This document shows, one piece after another, positions 10,884 through 19,945 of a stretch of 64,000 nt of DNA. The position numbers and the translations under genes were made by a program. The stretch covers positions 112,731 to 176,730 of the forward strand of contig CAWFSF010000003.1 in NCBI GenBank assembly GCA_963818475.1, written 5' to 3'. How positions within the stretch are numbered: the stretch's first letter is position 1; every line of letters starts with the position of its first letter. This stretch comes from Nitrospirota bacterium (GTDB lineage Bacteria; Nitrospirota; UBA9217). Under the pieces are notes generated by a model, which saw only the letters and a program-made list of their open reading frames with translations, made no database searches and was not told the DNA's origin.

Positions 10884-11174
10884 CTACGCTATCTTCAGCT
10901 CTTTGCGTATATTTTCCGCGACCCACTGCCGCACCAGGGTTTGATAGGGAATTCCCTTCTTCGTGGCGACTTTTTTGATCGACAAGAGATAGAGCGGGTC
11001 TAGTTTGATCGTTATGTTCCGCAATTTTCTCTTTCGTTTTCCCGAGAGAATATCCTGCTTGAGCGCGTCTTCAAGACTCAGCGCGACTTCACCTTCCACG
11101 ATTTCACCGAGAATACCTCGTTTATCGTAGTACTCCTCATCAGTCACTTTTTTCTTTCCTGTTTTCGCCTTCAT
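10884..11174 (-). CDS. brnA: BrnA-type antitoxin (RHH/CopG-like)
   Basis: 96 aa. The C-terminal ITIKLDPLYLLSIKKVATKKGIPYQTLVRQWVAENIRKE matches the BrnA pattern. It lies 18 nt downstream of brnT. Confidence 0.7.
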   Translation of the reverse strand: MKAKTGKKKVTDEEYYDKRGILGEIVEGEVALSLEDALKQDILSGKRKRKLRNITIKLDPLYLLSIKKVATKKGIPYQTLVRQWVAENIRKELKIA

Positions 11175-11192
11175 AGCTTCCGCCTCCTCGCA

Positions 11193-11465
11193 TCAACCTC
11201 GATGTTTCTGCCAGTACCTGATTTCCGCTTTATCCATGTCCCAGCCCGTTATGACCCGCGCCACGCCGTTCTTTTTCAGGACAAACACGACGGCAAGGTA
11301 ACGCCCTTCCTCTGTCGGCCCCATCGCGACGTAGTGGCCCTTCTTCGTTTTTCGATATAACGGCCTGCTCGCGAAGACTTCTTCCGCCTCTTCGGGCTTT
11401 ACACCATGACCAAGCTCGATATGCACGACATTGCCCTCGTCCCATTCAAATTCCTTGATGAACAA
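11193..11465 (-). CDS. brnT: BrnT-family toxin (DUF497)
   Basis: 90 aa. FEWDEGNVVHIELGHGVKPEEAEEVF is the characteristic BrnT N-terminal motif. Confidence 0.75.
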   Translation of the reverse strand: MFIKEFEWDEGNVVHIELGHGVKPEEAEEVFASRPLYRKTKKGHYVAMGPTEEGRYLAVVFVLKKNGVARVITGWDMDKAEIRYWQKHRG

Positions 11466-11632
11466 TGTAGTCCCTCCCGAGGTAATACATAGTATTACTA
11501 TTTTTTCCGAAAGTCAACGGGTCGATACGTATCAACGACAGGATTGCCACGCTCCCGCCCGGTCGCTCGGGGACCGCCAAGGGGACGTAGTTGCGCCCGT
11601 TGCGCGGCGGTTTAAAAACCTTAACAGTCCGC

Positions 11633-12859
11633 CTAAAGTATGCTTTGCCCTATTCTCTCCCAATTCACCCTTCCATCCACCCCGTCCCATGACCAATAAA
11701 GCTTCAAAGCTTTCCCCTCAATTGTATTCCTCGGCACCGCTCCCCATACACGGCTGTCCTGGCTGTTATCCCGGTTGTCGCCAAGAACAAAGACCTCGTT
11801 GTCAGGTACGATCCACGGCCCCTGGTTGAAGGTTGCCAGATCATCCCTCAGGTATTGGATACTATGAGCTTTGTCACCAAGTTGTTCCTCGTAAACCATT
11901 ATGTTTGAAGTCCTGCCAGGGAGATTACCCGGCCGTGTCTGAATAAGTTTTTTTGGAACGATATTGTCATTTATATAGAGGTCGCCGTTTATGAACTGCA
12001 CTTTGTCACCGCCGATTGCTATTGCCCGCTTAATGAAGTTCTTCGCTGGATTCTCAGGATAAGGGAAAACAACGATATCTCCGCGCTGAAGACCGTCCAC
12101 TGCTTTTTGTCTCTTGTCGATCAGAAGGTGATCGCCGATCTGGAGCGTAGGGACCATGGAGCCGGCCGGGATTTTATAGGCCTTCAGGAAATTTTCCTTT
12201 ATGATAGGCCCATAAGGCATCGTTTTCAAAAACAACATTACCATAATAAAGACCAGCAAGCCGTTGCCTTGATTTAAAAACCGTTCCGATGAGCCATTGC
12301 GTTTCTCAGCTGAATCAAAAGCGTCCTTTATCGAGAAAAAGTACAGCGCCAAAGCCAGGAGGGAAAACTGATAAAAGATATCTTCCCCTGCAAACACGCA
12401 AAGAAGAGCGACAACAAATCCAATTCCCTTCACCACCTGCCCGTTATAAAACTGGCCCATTCCCGGAAACAAAAATAAGGACAGGAACGTTGCCATCCAT
12501 GCTTTCTTCCGTCCTGTCGTGTCAACGATCAGACCGTAAACGCTATTGAATTTCCCGGCCACTTTGTAGGCATCGAAGAGAGCAGCAATATGAATCACCG
12601 AGATAAGAAGCAAGGAGCCGAGACTGACAATCAGGGAGGCCCTTGCCGCAGCCTGAGCATCCAAGGCGAGGAAACCCGCCATACCCCCAAAAGCCGTGAG
12701 GGCAAGAATGATCGCAAATGCGATTAAAAAGATCCCGCGTAATCTTGCCCCTGCGTAGAGATGCCCTGCTCCCGTAAACAAACCAGTGAGAAATACTGCT
12801 TTCCAGGGATGCTTGATCGCAGCTATGTCATCCATCTGCCCGCCCTTATTCGTTTCCAT
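11633..12859 (-). CDS. lepB: Signal peptidase I (S26) with a polytopic N-terminal extension of about 200 aa
   Basis: Catalytic Ser box IPAGSMVPTLQIGDHLLIDK, Lys box FIKRAIAIGGDKV and box E VFVLGDNRDNSQDSRVWG. The N-terminal half has several TM helices with repeated GxGxxYxGxxxxG motifs. Confidence 0.8.
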   Translation of the reverse strand: METNKGGQMDDIAAIKHPWKAVFLTGLFTGAGHLYAGARLRGIFLIAFAIILALTAFGGMAGFLALDAQAAARASLIVSLGSLLLISVIHIAALFDAYKVAGKFNSVYGLIVDTTGRKKAWMATFLSLFLFPGMGQFYNGQVVKGIGFVVALLCVFAGEDIFYQFSLLALALYFFSIKDAFDSAEKRNGSSERFLNQGNGLLVFIMVMLFLKTMPYGPIIKENFLKAYKIPAGSMVPTLQIGDHLLIDKRQKAVDGLQRGDIVVFPYPENPAKNFIKRAIAIGGDKVQFINGDLYINDNIVPKKLIQTRPGNLPGRTSNIMVYEEQLGDKAHSIQYLRDDLATFNQGPWIVPDNEVFVLGDNRDNSQDSRVWGAVPRNTIEGKALKLYWSWDGVDGRVNWERIGQSIL

Positions 12860-12957
12860 AGATTTGTATTACAAAGCCCCCGTTCCCACACTTGCAGAAA
12901 CTCCTGAGGATCAGGTGCTAAATTTTGATGTTCGCCTCTTCCGTGGCGAAGCTGCCC

Positions 12958-13077
12958 TTATCCTTTCTGCTTCTCTTCCTCATTCTTCCCCGTCATGAAC
13001 TGCTGATACAGGAACGACACCAAGATCAGCACCGCGGCGAGGCCGACGAAGGATGCCACGCGGTAGAGCTGGCCGAG
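12958..13077 (-). pseudogene. Orphan 3'-terminal fragment of a DUF2339 gene
   Basis: It encodes LGQLYRVASFVGLAAVLILVSFLYQQFMTGKNEEEKQKG* with its own stop codon. Positions 12975..13071 are 93/97 identical to 15403..15499, the 3' end of the full-length gene. Confidence 0.7.
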
Positions 13078-13085
13078 CCCAGAGG

Positions 13086-13694
13086 TCACGGCATAAACGC
13101 TTTAGCCGGCACGACCTCTCCGCGCCATTTGCGAACTACTTGTTTGCCTCCCCAGACAAACCATCCGAAGAGACGTACCGCGATCCAGTAGACATACCGC
13201 CACAGAAACTCTGACTTCCCCATGAGCAGGAGGAAACATTTATCTGCCTGACGTCGTTTGATCGGCGTACCTTCGCGAAGGAACTGATAGAGCGCATCAT
13301 GCACCAGTGACGCATAGTAGGCCTTCGGCTTCCCGGTCTCCGCAGAGACAATCCCGTCCGGAGTACCTATACAGAGATCGAGCAGACAAAACTTCGGGCT
13401 GCAGCCATTCCAGGTGTACCCCTTCATCACGGTCAGCTTTCCACTTACCTCGATGATCAATCGCACTTTTTTCTGCTCATCCCGAAAGACGAGGTCTTCG
13501 CTGACCCGCAGCGGGGAATCCCAGGTATAGTTCTTCTCGATGCGATACAGCCACTGAACTGCATTCCTGCACATCATGATGCATCCACCACCTTTCAGGG
13601 AACCCGGAGGGTTTTGAATGTTGATGTTCTTCTCTTCTATGCTTCCCGTTTCTCTTCCTCGAAATTCTAATGGAACTGATAGGGTCAGGTCCAT
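13086..13694 (-). CDS. DUF1353-like protein
   Basis: 202 aa. YYASLVHDALYQ ... RRQADKCFLLLM resembles the DUF1353 signature, recalled from memory. Its stop codon lies within ~15 nt of the distal edge of the DUF2339 repeat (12975..13071) and inside its weaker flanking similarity. Confidence 0.5.
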   Translation of the reverse strand: MDLTLSVPLEFRGRETGSIEEKNINIQNPPGSLKGGGCIMMCRNAVQWLYRIEKNYTWDSPLRVSEDLVFRDEQKKVRLIIEVSGKLTVMKGYTWNGCSPKFCLLDLCIGTPDGIVSAETGKPKAYYASLVHDALYQFLREGTPIKRRQADKCFLLLMGKSEFLWRYVYWIAVRLFGWFVWGGKQVVRKWRGEVVPAKAFMP

Positions 13695-13699
13695 ACTGT

Positions 13700-14473
13700 T
13701 TACCTCTGGACTTCGACTTCCCTCGTTCCATTCTGGTCAATGACCCGCACCTTGTTTTCCGCATAACTTCTAATGTTGGCCTGTATTGGTATGTTTCGGT
13801 CATCCTCGTAATAGAAATCGGTCCTCACAATCGGTTCCCTGGTGTCCGGCCCGTACATGATCATCTCACGCAGCTGTCCGAGGTCATTATATTCATATTC
13901 GGTGTACGTAACGATCGCCTCCTGCGCTCGCAGTATGCTCTTTTGTGTCTCTTCAAAAGCTGAAGGTGTGCTTGCCGCCAATCCGACCACGAACCCGCCT
14001 GCTGTGCCGACAACAGCCCCTGCGACCAGGCCTCCGGCCATCAGTTCCAGATCGTTGCTGCTGTTTTCCTCGGTCGAGGCGTCCGCCAACGCGAGGGCCA
14101 TGACCAATCCAACCGCCGCACCATTCTCGAACCCCTTACCGGTCCAGTCGTACACGATTCGCAAAGGGACCCTGAAATCGCCATGAGACCGCTTGATCGC
14201 GATATCAAACGTCTTGACAGGAGTATCGCCACGAAACAACCCTACCGTGAACCGTTCTCCCGGATCGACAGGCCGCTTGTTCAGCGTCTTCACAAACAGG
14301 GGCAATCCCCTCTGATCATATTCCACTTCCCTCAGGATGACCGTCCGGAGAGAGCCAGAGGACTGATCTGCCAGGTTCACCTGTTTGGTGCCGCAGGCGG
14401 TAAGAAGAATCAAACAGAGGCTCGAAACAAAGATTGCTCGCATATCAACCCGCATATTAATTAGTCGAGACAT
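13700..14473 (-). CDS. Lipoprotein of unknown function
   Basis: Lipobox LCLILLTAC-G after a possible internal start (MRAIFVSS). There is a central Gly/Ala-rich hydrophobic segment. I recognise no family. Confidence 0.55.
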   Translation of the reverse strand: MSRLINMRVDMRAIFVSSLCLILLTACGTKQVNLADQSSGSLRTVILREVEYDQRGLPLFVKTLNKRPVDPGERFTVGLFRGDTPVKTFDIAIKRSHGDFRVPLRIVYDWTGKGFENGAAVGLVMALALADASTEENSSNDLELMAGGLVAGAVVGTAGGFVVGLAASTPSAFEETQKSILRAQEAIVTYTEYEYNDLGQLREMIMYGPDTREPIVRTDFYYEDDRNIPIQANIRSYAENKVRVIDQNGTREVEVQR

Positions 14474-14666
14474 TTGAAGTTCATGTGTTCTTTGAGCACC
14501 GAGAGGACGATGTTACTTACATTCGGTCCCCGCCCCAGACATTCCACGTTGCCTGCCTTCTGGAGATCGCGAAGGACTTCGCCGAGGTCTTGCCAGATAC
14601 CACGACGTGATCATGGAGATCGTCTCGGGCTTTGCTGTGAATTGTTTCAAGGTCATCATGGTTTTT

Positions 14667-14694
14667 GTAGGGGCGAACGGCCGTTCGCCCCTAC
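14667..14694. repeat. REP-like perfect palindrome GTAGGGGCGAACGG/CCGTTCGCCCCTAC
   Basis: 28-nt perfect palindrome overlapping the stop codon of the Y1 transposase gene. Confidence 0.65.
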
Positions 14695-15285
14695 GATACA
14701 ATACGATCGGGGTTATTTTCATCCATTTCCCATTTCATTGGATTGTTTTGTATGTATTCTCGAATTCGCTGCATTTCTTCCGGATTTCTTATGATATGTT
14801 CATAATAATTGCGCTGCCATACCGGCGAACCGGGCGACAATCGTTGCTCGTTGATTCTTTTTGTAACCACGGATTTGAAACCCGCCATAAACGATGACAA
14901 CGATTTGGGTTTCATGCATACAATCGGTTCATTGCATGTCTGTAGGGGCGAACGGCCGTCCGCCCCCGCAATATGCCGCGCATCAAATTCAGGGCGGACG
15001 CCGTCCGCCCCTACATGATGTATCAATAAAATACCATGAATGTGATTCGGCATAACGATAAATTCATCCAATTTCTATTTCCCGCCGGATCGCTGTTGAC
15101 CGGCTCCATTCTTCCTTTACAGTCCTTCCCTGTTCGTTCAAACAGATATTGCCATCAATAATATCTCCAAATAAACATTCCCGGTTCCATGCGCATAGTG
15201 TCAGAAAATACGCTCCTGACTGGGAATAATCATACGTCCTCAGACGTATCGATTGTCTATGATGTTTATCGCGGTCATATATCAT
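14691..15285 (-). CDS. REP-associated tyrosine (Y1, IS200-like) transposase, one frameshift near 15068
   Basis: ORF 15064..15285 (...YDYSQSGAYFLTLCAWNRECLFG...) continues into ORF 14691..15071 (DEFIVMPNHIHGILLI = HUH motif; WQRNYYEHIIRN = catalytic Tyr region). Confidence 0.7.
14942..15014. repeat. Pair of REP-like hairpins embedded in the Y1 transposase coding sequence
   Basis: gtaggggcgaacggccgtccgccccc ... agggcggacgccgtccgcccctac. Translated, they give the insert VGADGVRPEFDARHIAGADGRSPLQ directly after the HUH motif. Confidence 0.6.
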
Positions 15286-15331
15286 GCGGTCATTTTGTCG
15301 TTGGGGCGCAGCCGCTCACCCCGGCATAGAT

Positions 15332-18300
15332 TCATGCTGCTCGGCCTCCTACATTCCTCTTCCCGATAACATACTCGCACTGTTCACACCCATCCAGCTT
15401 CACTTCCTCATCCTTCCCCGTCATGAACCGCTGATACAGGAACGACACCAGGATCAGCACCGCGGCGAGGCCGACGAAGGACGCCACGCGGTAGAGCTGC
15501 CCCAGCCGCCAGAGGTCCATGAAGAAGATCTTGACCGTGGTCCCGACCATCAGGATCAGCGCGGCCCAGCGCACCTTGCTGGTCTGCCACTTGATGCCGA
15601 CGACGAGCAGCCCGATGCTGTAGAGCAGCCAGCTCAGGCTGTAGGCAAGCTGGTGCGCCAGGTTGTCATGGGTCTCGAGGCTGAAGCTCCGTCCCGTCTC
15701 AATGAAGACGCTCGATATCTCTATGTTCAGCACGCAGAACGTGACCACGGCCAGCAGCACGCCCCAGAAGGCACGCAGCGTGGGAGAGATAAAGGGCCAT
15801 TGCTGCTGCGGCCGATTCAGGGTGAGCGCTATAAGGACAATAACGATCGCCAGGTACAGAAGCGACGGCGTGTTCACGAGCGGCGTCATGGCGCCGAATG
15901 CGGCGCTGTACAGGAACGGATAGGTCAGCGCCTTGACGAGCCCAGCGAGGACGAGCACCACGCCGGCGATCCGGAAGGGCCGGTCCAGTCCGCGCGGCCA
16001 GTACAAGAGCCCCAAACCGTAGGCAAGCCAGCCTGCTGCCGAGCCCACTGCCATGTTCGAAGACTGATTGAAGAAGAACCGGAAGGGCTGGCCTGGCTGC
16101 ACGATGGAGCTCATCTGGATCTTCACGGCCACGAAGCCGGTCAGGAGCAGCAGCAATACAAGCAGATTGTAGAGGTCCCGCGAGGTCTGCTGCTTCAGTT
16201 CCAGACGCACCAGCAGGGCAAGCACGACCAGCGCGTACAAATACGCCGGAAGGCCGAGGTTCAGAAAGGGCGACATTGCCGGCACGAAGGCTGGGAAAAG
16301 CACAGGGAGAACGAGCAGAAAGCCCGTGCCGATGCAGAGAAGGATGAGCCCGGCGTGGCGCATGACGGACGTGATCTTCAGCCGTGACCAGATCAGGCCG
16401 CCGTAGGTCAGCCAGACCAAGGCGTAGCATATTGCCTGCACGGCATCAGGACCCGGTGCGATGCGGAAGAGCTGATCCGTCTCGGCAAAGATGTCCGCGA
16501 TGGCAAGGTTCAGCAGGAAGAACCCGCTGCCCACTGCAAGCCAGCGGAAATACTCCGGCAGGTCAGCGTCCTTGAGCTTCCGGTCCGGGAAGCCGCTGAG
16601 CGGCACGCTGAATGCGAGCGCCGCGACCGCGCCGGCAACAGCCAGCACCGCTGCGTTCAGGATCGCCATGTCGCCTGCATGCTTCATCTGCGGCAGGGCG
16701 AAGAACAGGAGCAGCAGCCCGATGGGCGCCATGAACGATGCAACCCAGCGCAGGCCCTCGTGCACCACTCTGCGATTAAGCCAGAGCAGCAGCATGGACT
16801 CGATCACGAGCGTGAGGCCGATCCAGCCCTGGTCGAGCAGCATCACCGGGACCGAAGAGATATAGAAGAGCAGCACGCCGCCGTGGAAGGCGAGCACGGC
16901 GTTCCGTTCGGGCCGGTCCTTGAGCCGCGACTGCAGCATGGCCACGGCCGGCAGCTTCACCACAGCCAGCACGAGCGGCAGCCACCCGCTCGTCTCGCGC
17001 GGCCAGATGTGGTCCGCAGCCCAGATGGCGAAGAGCCCCTGCGCTACCTCGAAGAGCGCCCAGGCCATCCAGAGGCGCGACCATTTTTCGATGGACCGGA
17101 AGAAGAGGAAGGGCGCGATGACCGCGACGACGAAGAACGCCGCTGACCAGAGGAAGCCGACGACATGCAGGTCCACCGACAGATCGGGCCGGAACGCCCA
17201 TGCCGCCTGGCTGACGAGCGACGACAAGAGGACCACCATGCCCATGACCGGCGCGGAGAGCCGCCGGCTGAGGAAGATGCTCAAGGCCAGGAAGCAGGCG
17301 AGCGTGACCATGCCGGGTTCGGGATGGAGCGGCCTCTGCAGCCAGAAGGAGGCGGCAAGGAGGATGAAGACGGCCGATGCGGGGAAAGCGGAGAGCCATT
17401 CCGTCACCACGGGTCCGGCGGTCCACGCGGCGGCATCCGGAGCGTCCTTTGTCAGCGCGGCCCGCCAGTCGTTCATTTTCTTGAAGGCGTAGACCATGGC
17501 GAGCGCCGTGGCCGCTCCGGCGAACAGCAGGAACCCGAAGAAGACCGGGCTGCCGAGCTCCGGCGGAACGCGGAAGAGCCAGGTGAGTCCGCAGGCAAGG
17601 AAGAACAGCACGAGGAGGCCGGCCTGCAACAGCGCGCCGAAGATGAGGCTGATCATGATGCCCATGACCTGCAGTACCAGGATCACGGGCCAGAGCCAGA
17701 AGGCTATATCCTGCTCCTTCATCACAATGGCGAGCAGCATCACGCCAAGGGCCACGGGAAAGACGCGGAACCATCCCAGGTTCACCTTGTCGAGCCCGTA
17801 GCGGCGGATGAGCAGCACCGGCCCCAGGCCGCCTGCGGTCCCGTACAGCAGAAGGCCGAGAAAACCCCAGGACAGAGTGCGGGGATCGAAACGGAGCCAG
17901 GTCCAGAGGAAGGCGACCACGAACATGATCGCGCCGTACGGGACGACCCCGCCAAACCATCTGCGGTCGCGGAAGGCGAGCACCACGCTTCCTGCCATGC
18001 CGAAGATCGCGATCAGGAGCGGACCGATACCATCCCTGTCCAGGAGCAGGAGCGCGGTAAGGGCGGCCGAAAGATAGAGCGTGATGCCGGACCAGAGCAG
18101 GACCTGCGAGAGCTCCCATTTCGCGGCCCGGTCGAGAAAATAGCTGAAGAGGGCCAGGTTGGCCATGAAGACCCCGGCGATCTCAATGCTCTCGGGATTG
18201 ATGCGTCCGGAGAAGGCCGCGAGGAACAGCGTAGCAAGCGTCCCCACGGTCGCGATGAACAGCAAGAGCCCCGAACGCAGTCGCTGCACGACCTGGAAAA

Positions 18301-19318
18301 GACCAACGTTCACCACGGCGAGGTAGACGAAGAGCCCGATGAGGCTGCCTTGGCCGGTGCTTACCAGGATAGGCGTCAGGTACGCGCCGAGCGCTCCGAG
18401 CACCGAGATGGGGATGCCGCGGAAAAAGACGGCTAGCACGAAGGCGGTTGCGGAAACGATCGTCAGCAGGCCGAAGCCGACTGGATTGGACAGGTAATGG
18501 TAGTAGAGCGTGGCCGCGAATACGACGCTGTACAGCACGCCGATGCCGCCCGCGCCGAGGGTATGGCGCAGCACGGAGAACCGTTCCTTGTTGATGCGGG
18601 CCGACCAGATGATCAGCGCCAGGCCGATGCACGGCGCTGACGGCCAGCCGGAGCGCCGGCGGGAATGAGGTTCCGGTCGATGGAATACTTGACGAAGAAC
18701 CCGGCGCCGATGAAGAGCGCGAGCCCGCCGAGCCCGGCGAAGAGCTTGACGCCGGTGAAGAGCTCCCAGTCCACGTTCGCCTTGAACTGCTTCCCAGCGG
18801 TCCAGCAGGCTCGGACCGGACGGAACCGACGGCTCGGCAGCCACCGATGAAAGATCGACCCGCGCGGCAGCGGCATATGCAGGCGCGAGAGGAAGTGTGA
18901 TCGCTGGTGACTCTTCTTCCTCCGGCGTTTCCGGCGCAGAGGGAGGATAGGACCCTTCGGGCAATCCGGACGGCGTTAGTGTTATCGGAGGCGGCTCCAC
19001 CTCGGGTCCTTCAGGCATTGGCGACGGAGGAGGAACAGGAGATGCGGGCGGTACCACGGGAGGGGGAGGCATCTCGACAGCGCGTGAGACAGACGCGACC
19101 GGTCTTTTCATCGCCTCGGCCCGCTCCGCTGCGCTTTCCCGCCGCGGCGCAGCCGCGGCCGCTCTCAGCTCCGCGATCTCCCGCTTGAGCTTCTCAACGT
19201 GCGTCTCCAGGTCGCGTCGGATATTGATGGAGCGGATGAACAGAACTACGACACCGACGACCAGGAAGAACAGACACCATTCGTTATGCACTATTGCCTC
19301 CTCTGACGACAATACCAT
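15332..19318 (-). CDS. Giant polytopic membrane protein (DUF2339-type)
   Basis: 1328-aa ORF with a coiled-coil and Pro-rich N-terminus followed by a very long run of hydrophobic helices. Residues around RRQALRRARRARALHRRRV look out of frame. Overlapping ORF 18613..18876 carries the expected NVDWELFTGVKLFAGLGGLALFIGAGFFVKYSIDRNLIP, which implies two compensating indels. Confidence 0.7.
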   Translation of the reverse strand: MVLSSEEAIVHNEWCLFFLVVGVVVLFIRSINIRRDLETHVEKLKREIAELRAAAAAPRRESAAERAEAMKRPVASVSRAVEMPPPPVVPPASPVPPPSPMPEGPEVEPPPITLTPSGLPEGSYPPSAPETPEEEESPAITLPLAPAYAAAARVDLSSVAAEPSVPSGPSLLDRWEAVQGERGLGALHRRQALRRARRARALHRRRVLRQVFHRPEPHSRRRSGWPSAPCIGLALIIWSARINKERFSVLRHTLGAGGIGVLYSVVFAATLYYHYLSNPVGFGLLTIVSATAFVLAVFFRGIPISVLGALGAYLTPILVSTGQGSLIGLFVYLAVVNVGLFQVVQRLRSGLLLFIATVGTLATLFLAAFSGRINPESIEIAGVFMANLALFSYFLDRAAKWELSQVLLWSGITLYLSAALTALLLLDRDGIGPLLIAIFGMAGSVVLAFRDRRWFGGVVPYGAIMFVVAFLWTWLRFDPRTLSWGFLGLLLYGTAGGLGPVLLIRRYGLDKVNLGWFRVFPVALGVMLLAIVMKEQDIAFWLWPVILVLQVMGIMISLIFGALLQAGLLVLFFLACGLTWLFRVPPELGSPVFFGFLLFAGAATALAMVYAFKKMNDWRAALTKDAPDAAAWTAGPVVTEWLSAFPASAVFILLAASFWLQRPLHPEPGMVTLACFLALSIFLSRRLSAPVMGMVVLLSSLVSQAAWAFRPDLSVDLHVVGFLWSAAFFVVAVIAPFLFFRSIEKWSRLWMAWALFEVAQGLFAIWAADHIWPRETSGWLPLVLAVVKLPAVAMLQSRLKDRPERNAVLAFHGGVLLFYISSVPVMLLDQGWIGLTLVIESMLLLWLNRRVVHEGLRWVASFMAPIGLLLLFFALPQMKHAGDMAILNAAVLAVAGAVAALAFSVPLSGFPDRKLKDADLPEYFRWLAVGSGFFLLNLAIADIFAETDQLFRIAPGPDAVQAICYALVWLTYGGLIWSRLKITSVMRHAGLILLCIGTGFLLVLPVLFPAFVPAMSPFLNLGLPAYLYALVVLALLVRLELKQQTSRDLYNLLVLLLLLTGFVAVKIQMSSIVQPGQPFRFFFNQSSNMAVGSAAGWLAYGLGLLYWPRGLDRPFRIAGVVLVLAGLVKALTYPFLYSAAFGAMTPLVNTPSLLYLAIVIVLIALTLNRPQQQWPFISPTLRAFWGVLLAVVTFCVLNIEISSVFIETGRSFSLETHDNLAHQLAYSLSWLLYSIGLLVVGIKWQTSKVRWAALILMVGTTVKIFFMDLWRLGQLYRVASFVGLAAVLILVSFLYQRFMTGKDEEVKLDGCEQCEYVIGKRNVGGRAA

Positions 19319-19524
19319 CCGTTCCAGCCTGCTCAGCCTGTTACAGGCAGAACCTCAGGTGTCTACAATGTTTATGTTCCCTATGCCGCGCCTTTGTGTG
19401 CTTCAACACGCAGCCGCACCCGCTCCATTCGCCTGCCCGATCAGGGGCGGCATCTGACGGATGCGGGAGTTGAGCGTCGGCTGTTTGCCGAATAAGCCTT
19501 GCCCTTCTGCTGCCATTTTTAGTT

Positions 19525-19601
19525 CGTCATCCTCGCGCACGCGGGGATCCAGAGAATTTCCTGAAGAGTCCCTGGATTCCCGATCAGGTCGGGAATGACG
19601 G
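19525..19601. repeat. Inverted pair of 'gtcattccc...gggaatccag'-type hairpin repeats
   Basis: cgtcatcctcgcgcacgcggggatccag ... ctggattcccgatcaggtcgggaatgacg. The same family occurs three times at 32162..32307. Confidence 0.55.
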
Positions 19602-19609
19602 CTTAAAGA

Positions 19610-19744
19610 ATTATTTGTAAGCCAATCAGCAAAGGTTTCGGGCTTATGAAAGAAGTTGACCGCTTTCGCGTCTTGAACAGCCCACCCTGCCACCAGCATG
19701 CGGTCGATCCGTTCGCGGGCTATGTCTTCGGGGCCAAGGGGCAT
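19610..19744 (-). pseudogene. Possible 5' remnant of a restriction-enzyme (HsdR/Res N-terminal type) gene
   Basis: MPLGPEDIARERIDRMLVAGWAVQDAKAVNF resembles the conserved N-terminus of HsdR-like proteins (..R..ID..L...GW.v). Similarity stops where the hairpin repeats begin. Confidence 0.3.
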
Positions 19745-19945
19745 GCATTCATCCTTAAATACATAACGAGCGTAAAAACATTGTGCAAACACGAAATTAC
19801 AGGAAATAGCCGCAAAAGGCAAGGGCAATGAACCTTCCGAAGACAGAAGGCGACCCCTGTTGCAAGCTTCATGACAAATTGATGGGGATGGAAAGGGAAC
19901 CTCGACACTATGTTGCAGGATTGTAGTTGGTTTTTCACTTTCTGT

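Noticed and set aside
15284-18436. Multiple long ORFs on both strands inside the DUF2339 gene (15284..16387 +, 16776..18119 -, 17165..18436 +, and others)
   Set aside because: They are Arg/Gly/Pro/His-rich, low-complexity translations in alternative frames of a GC-rich membrane protein gene. Only the 15332..19318 frame gives coherent hydrophobic helices.
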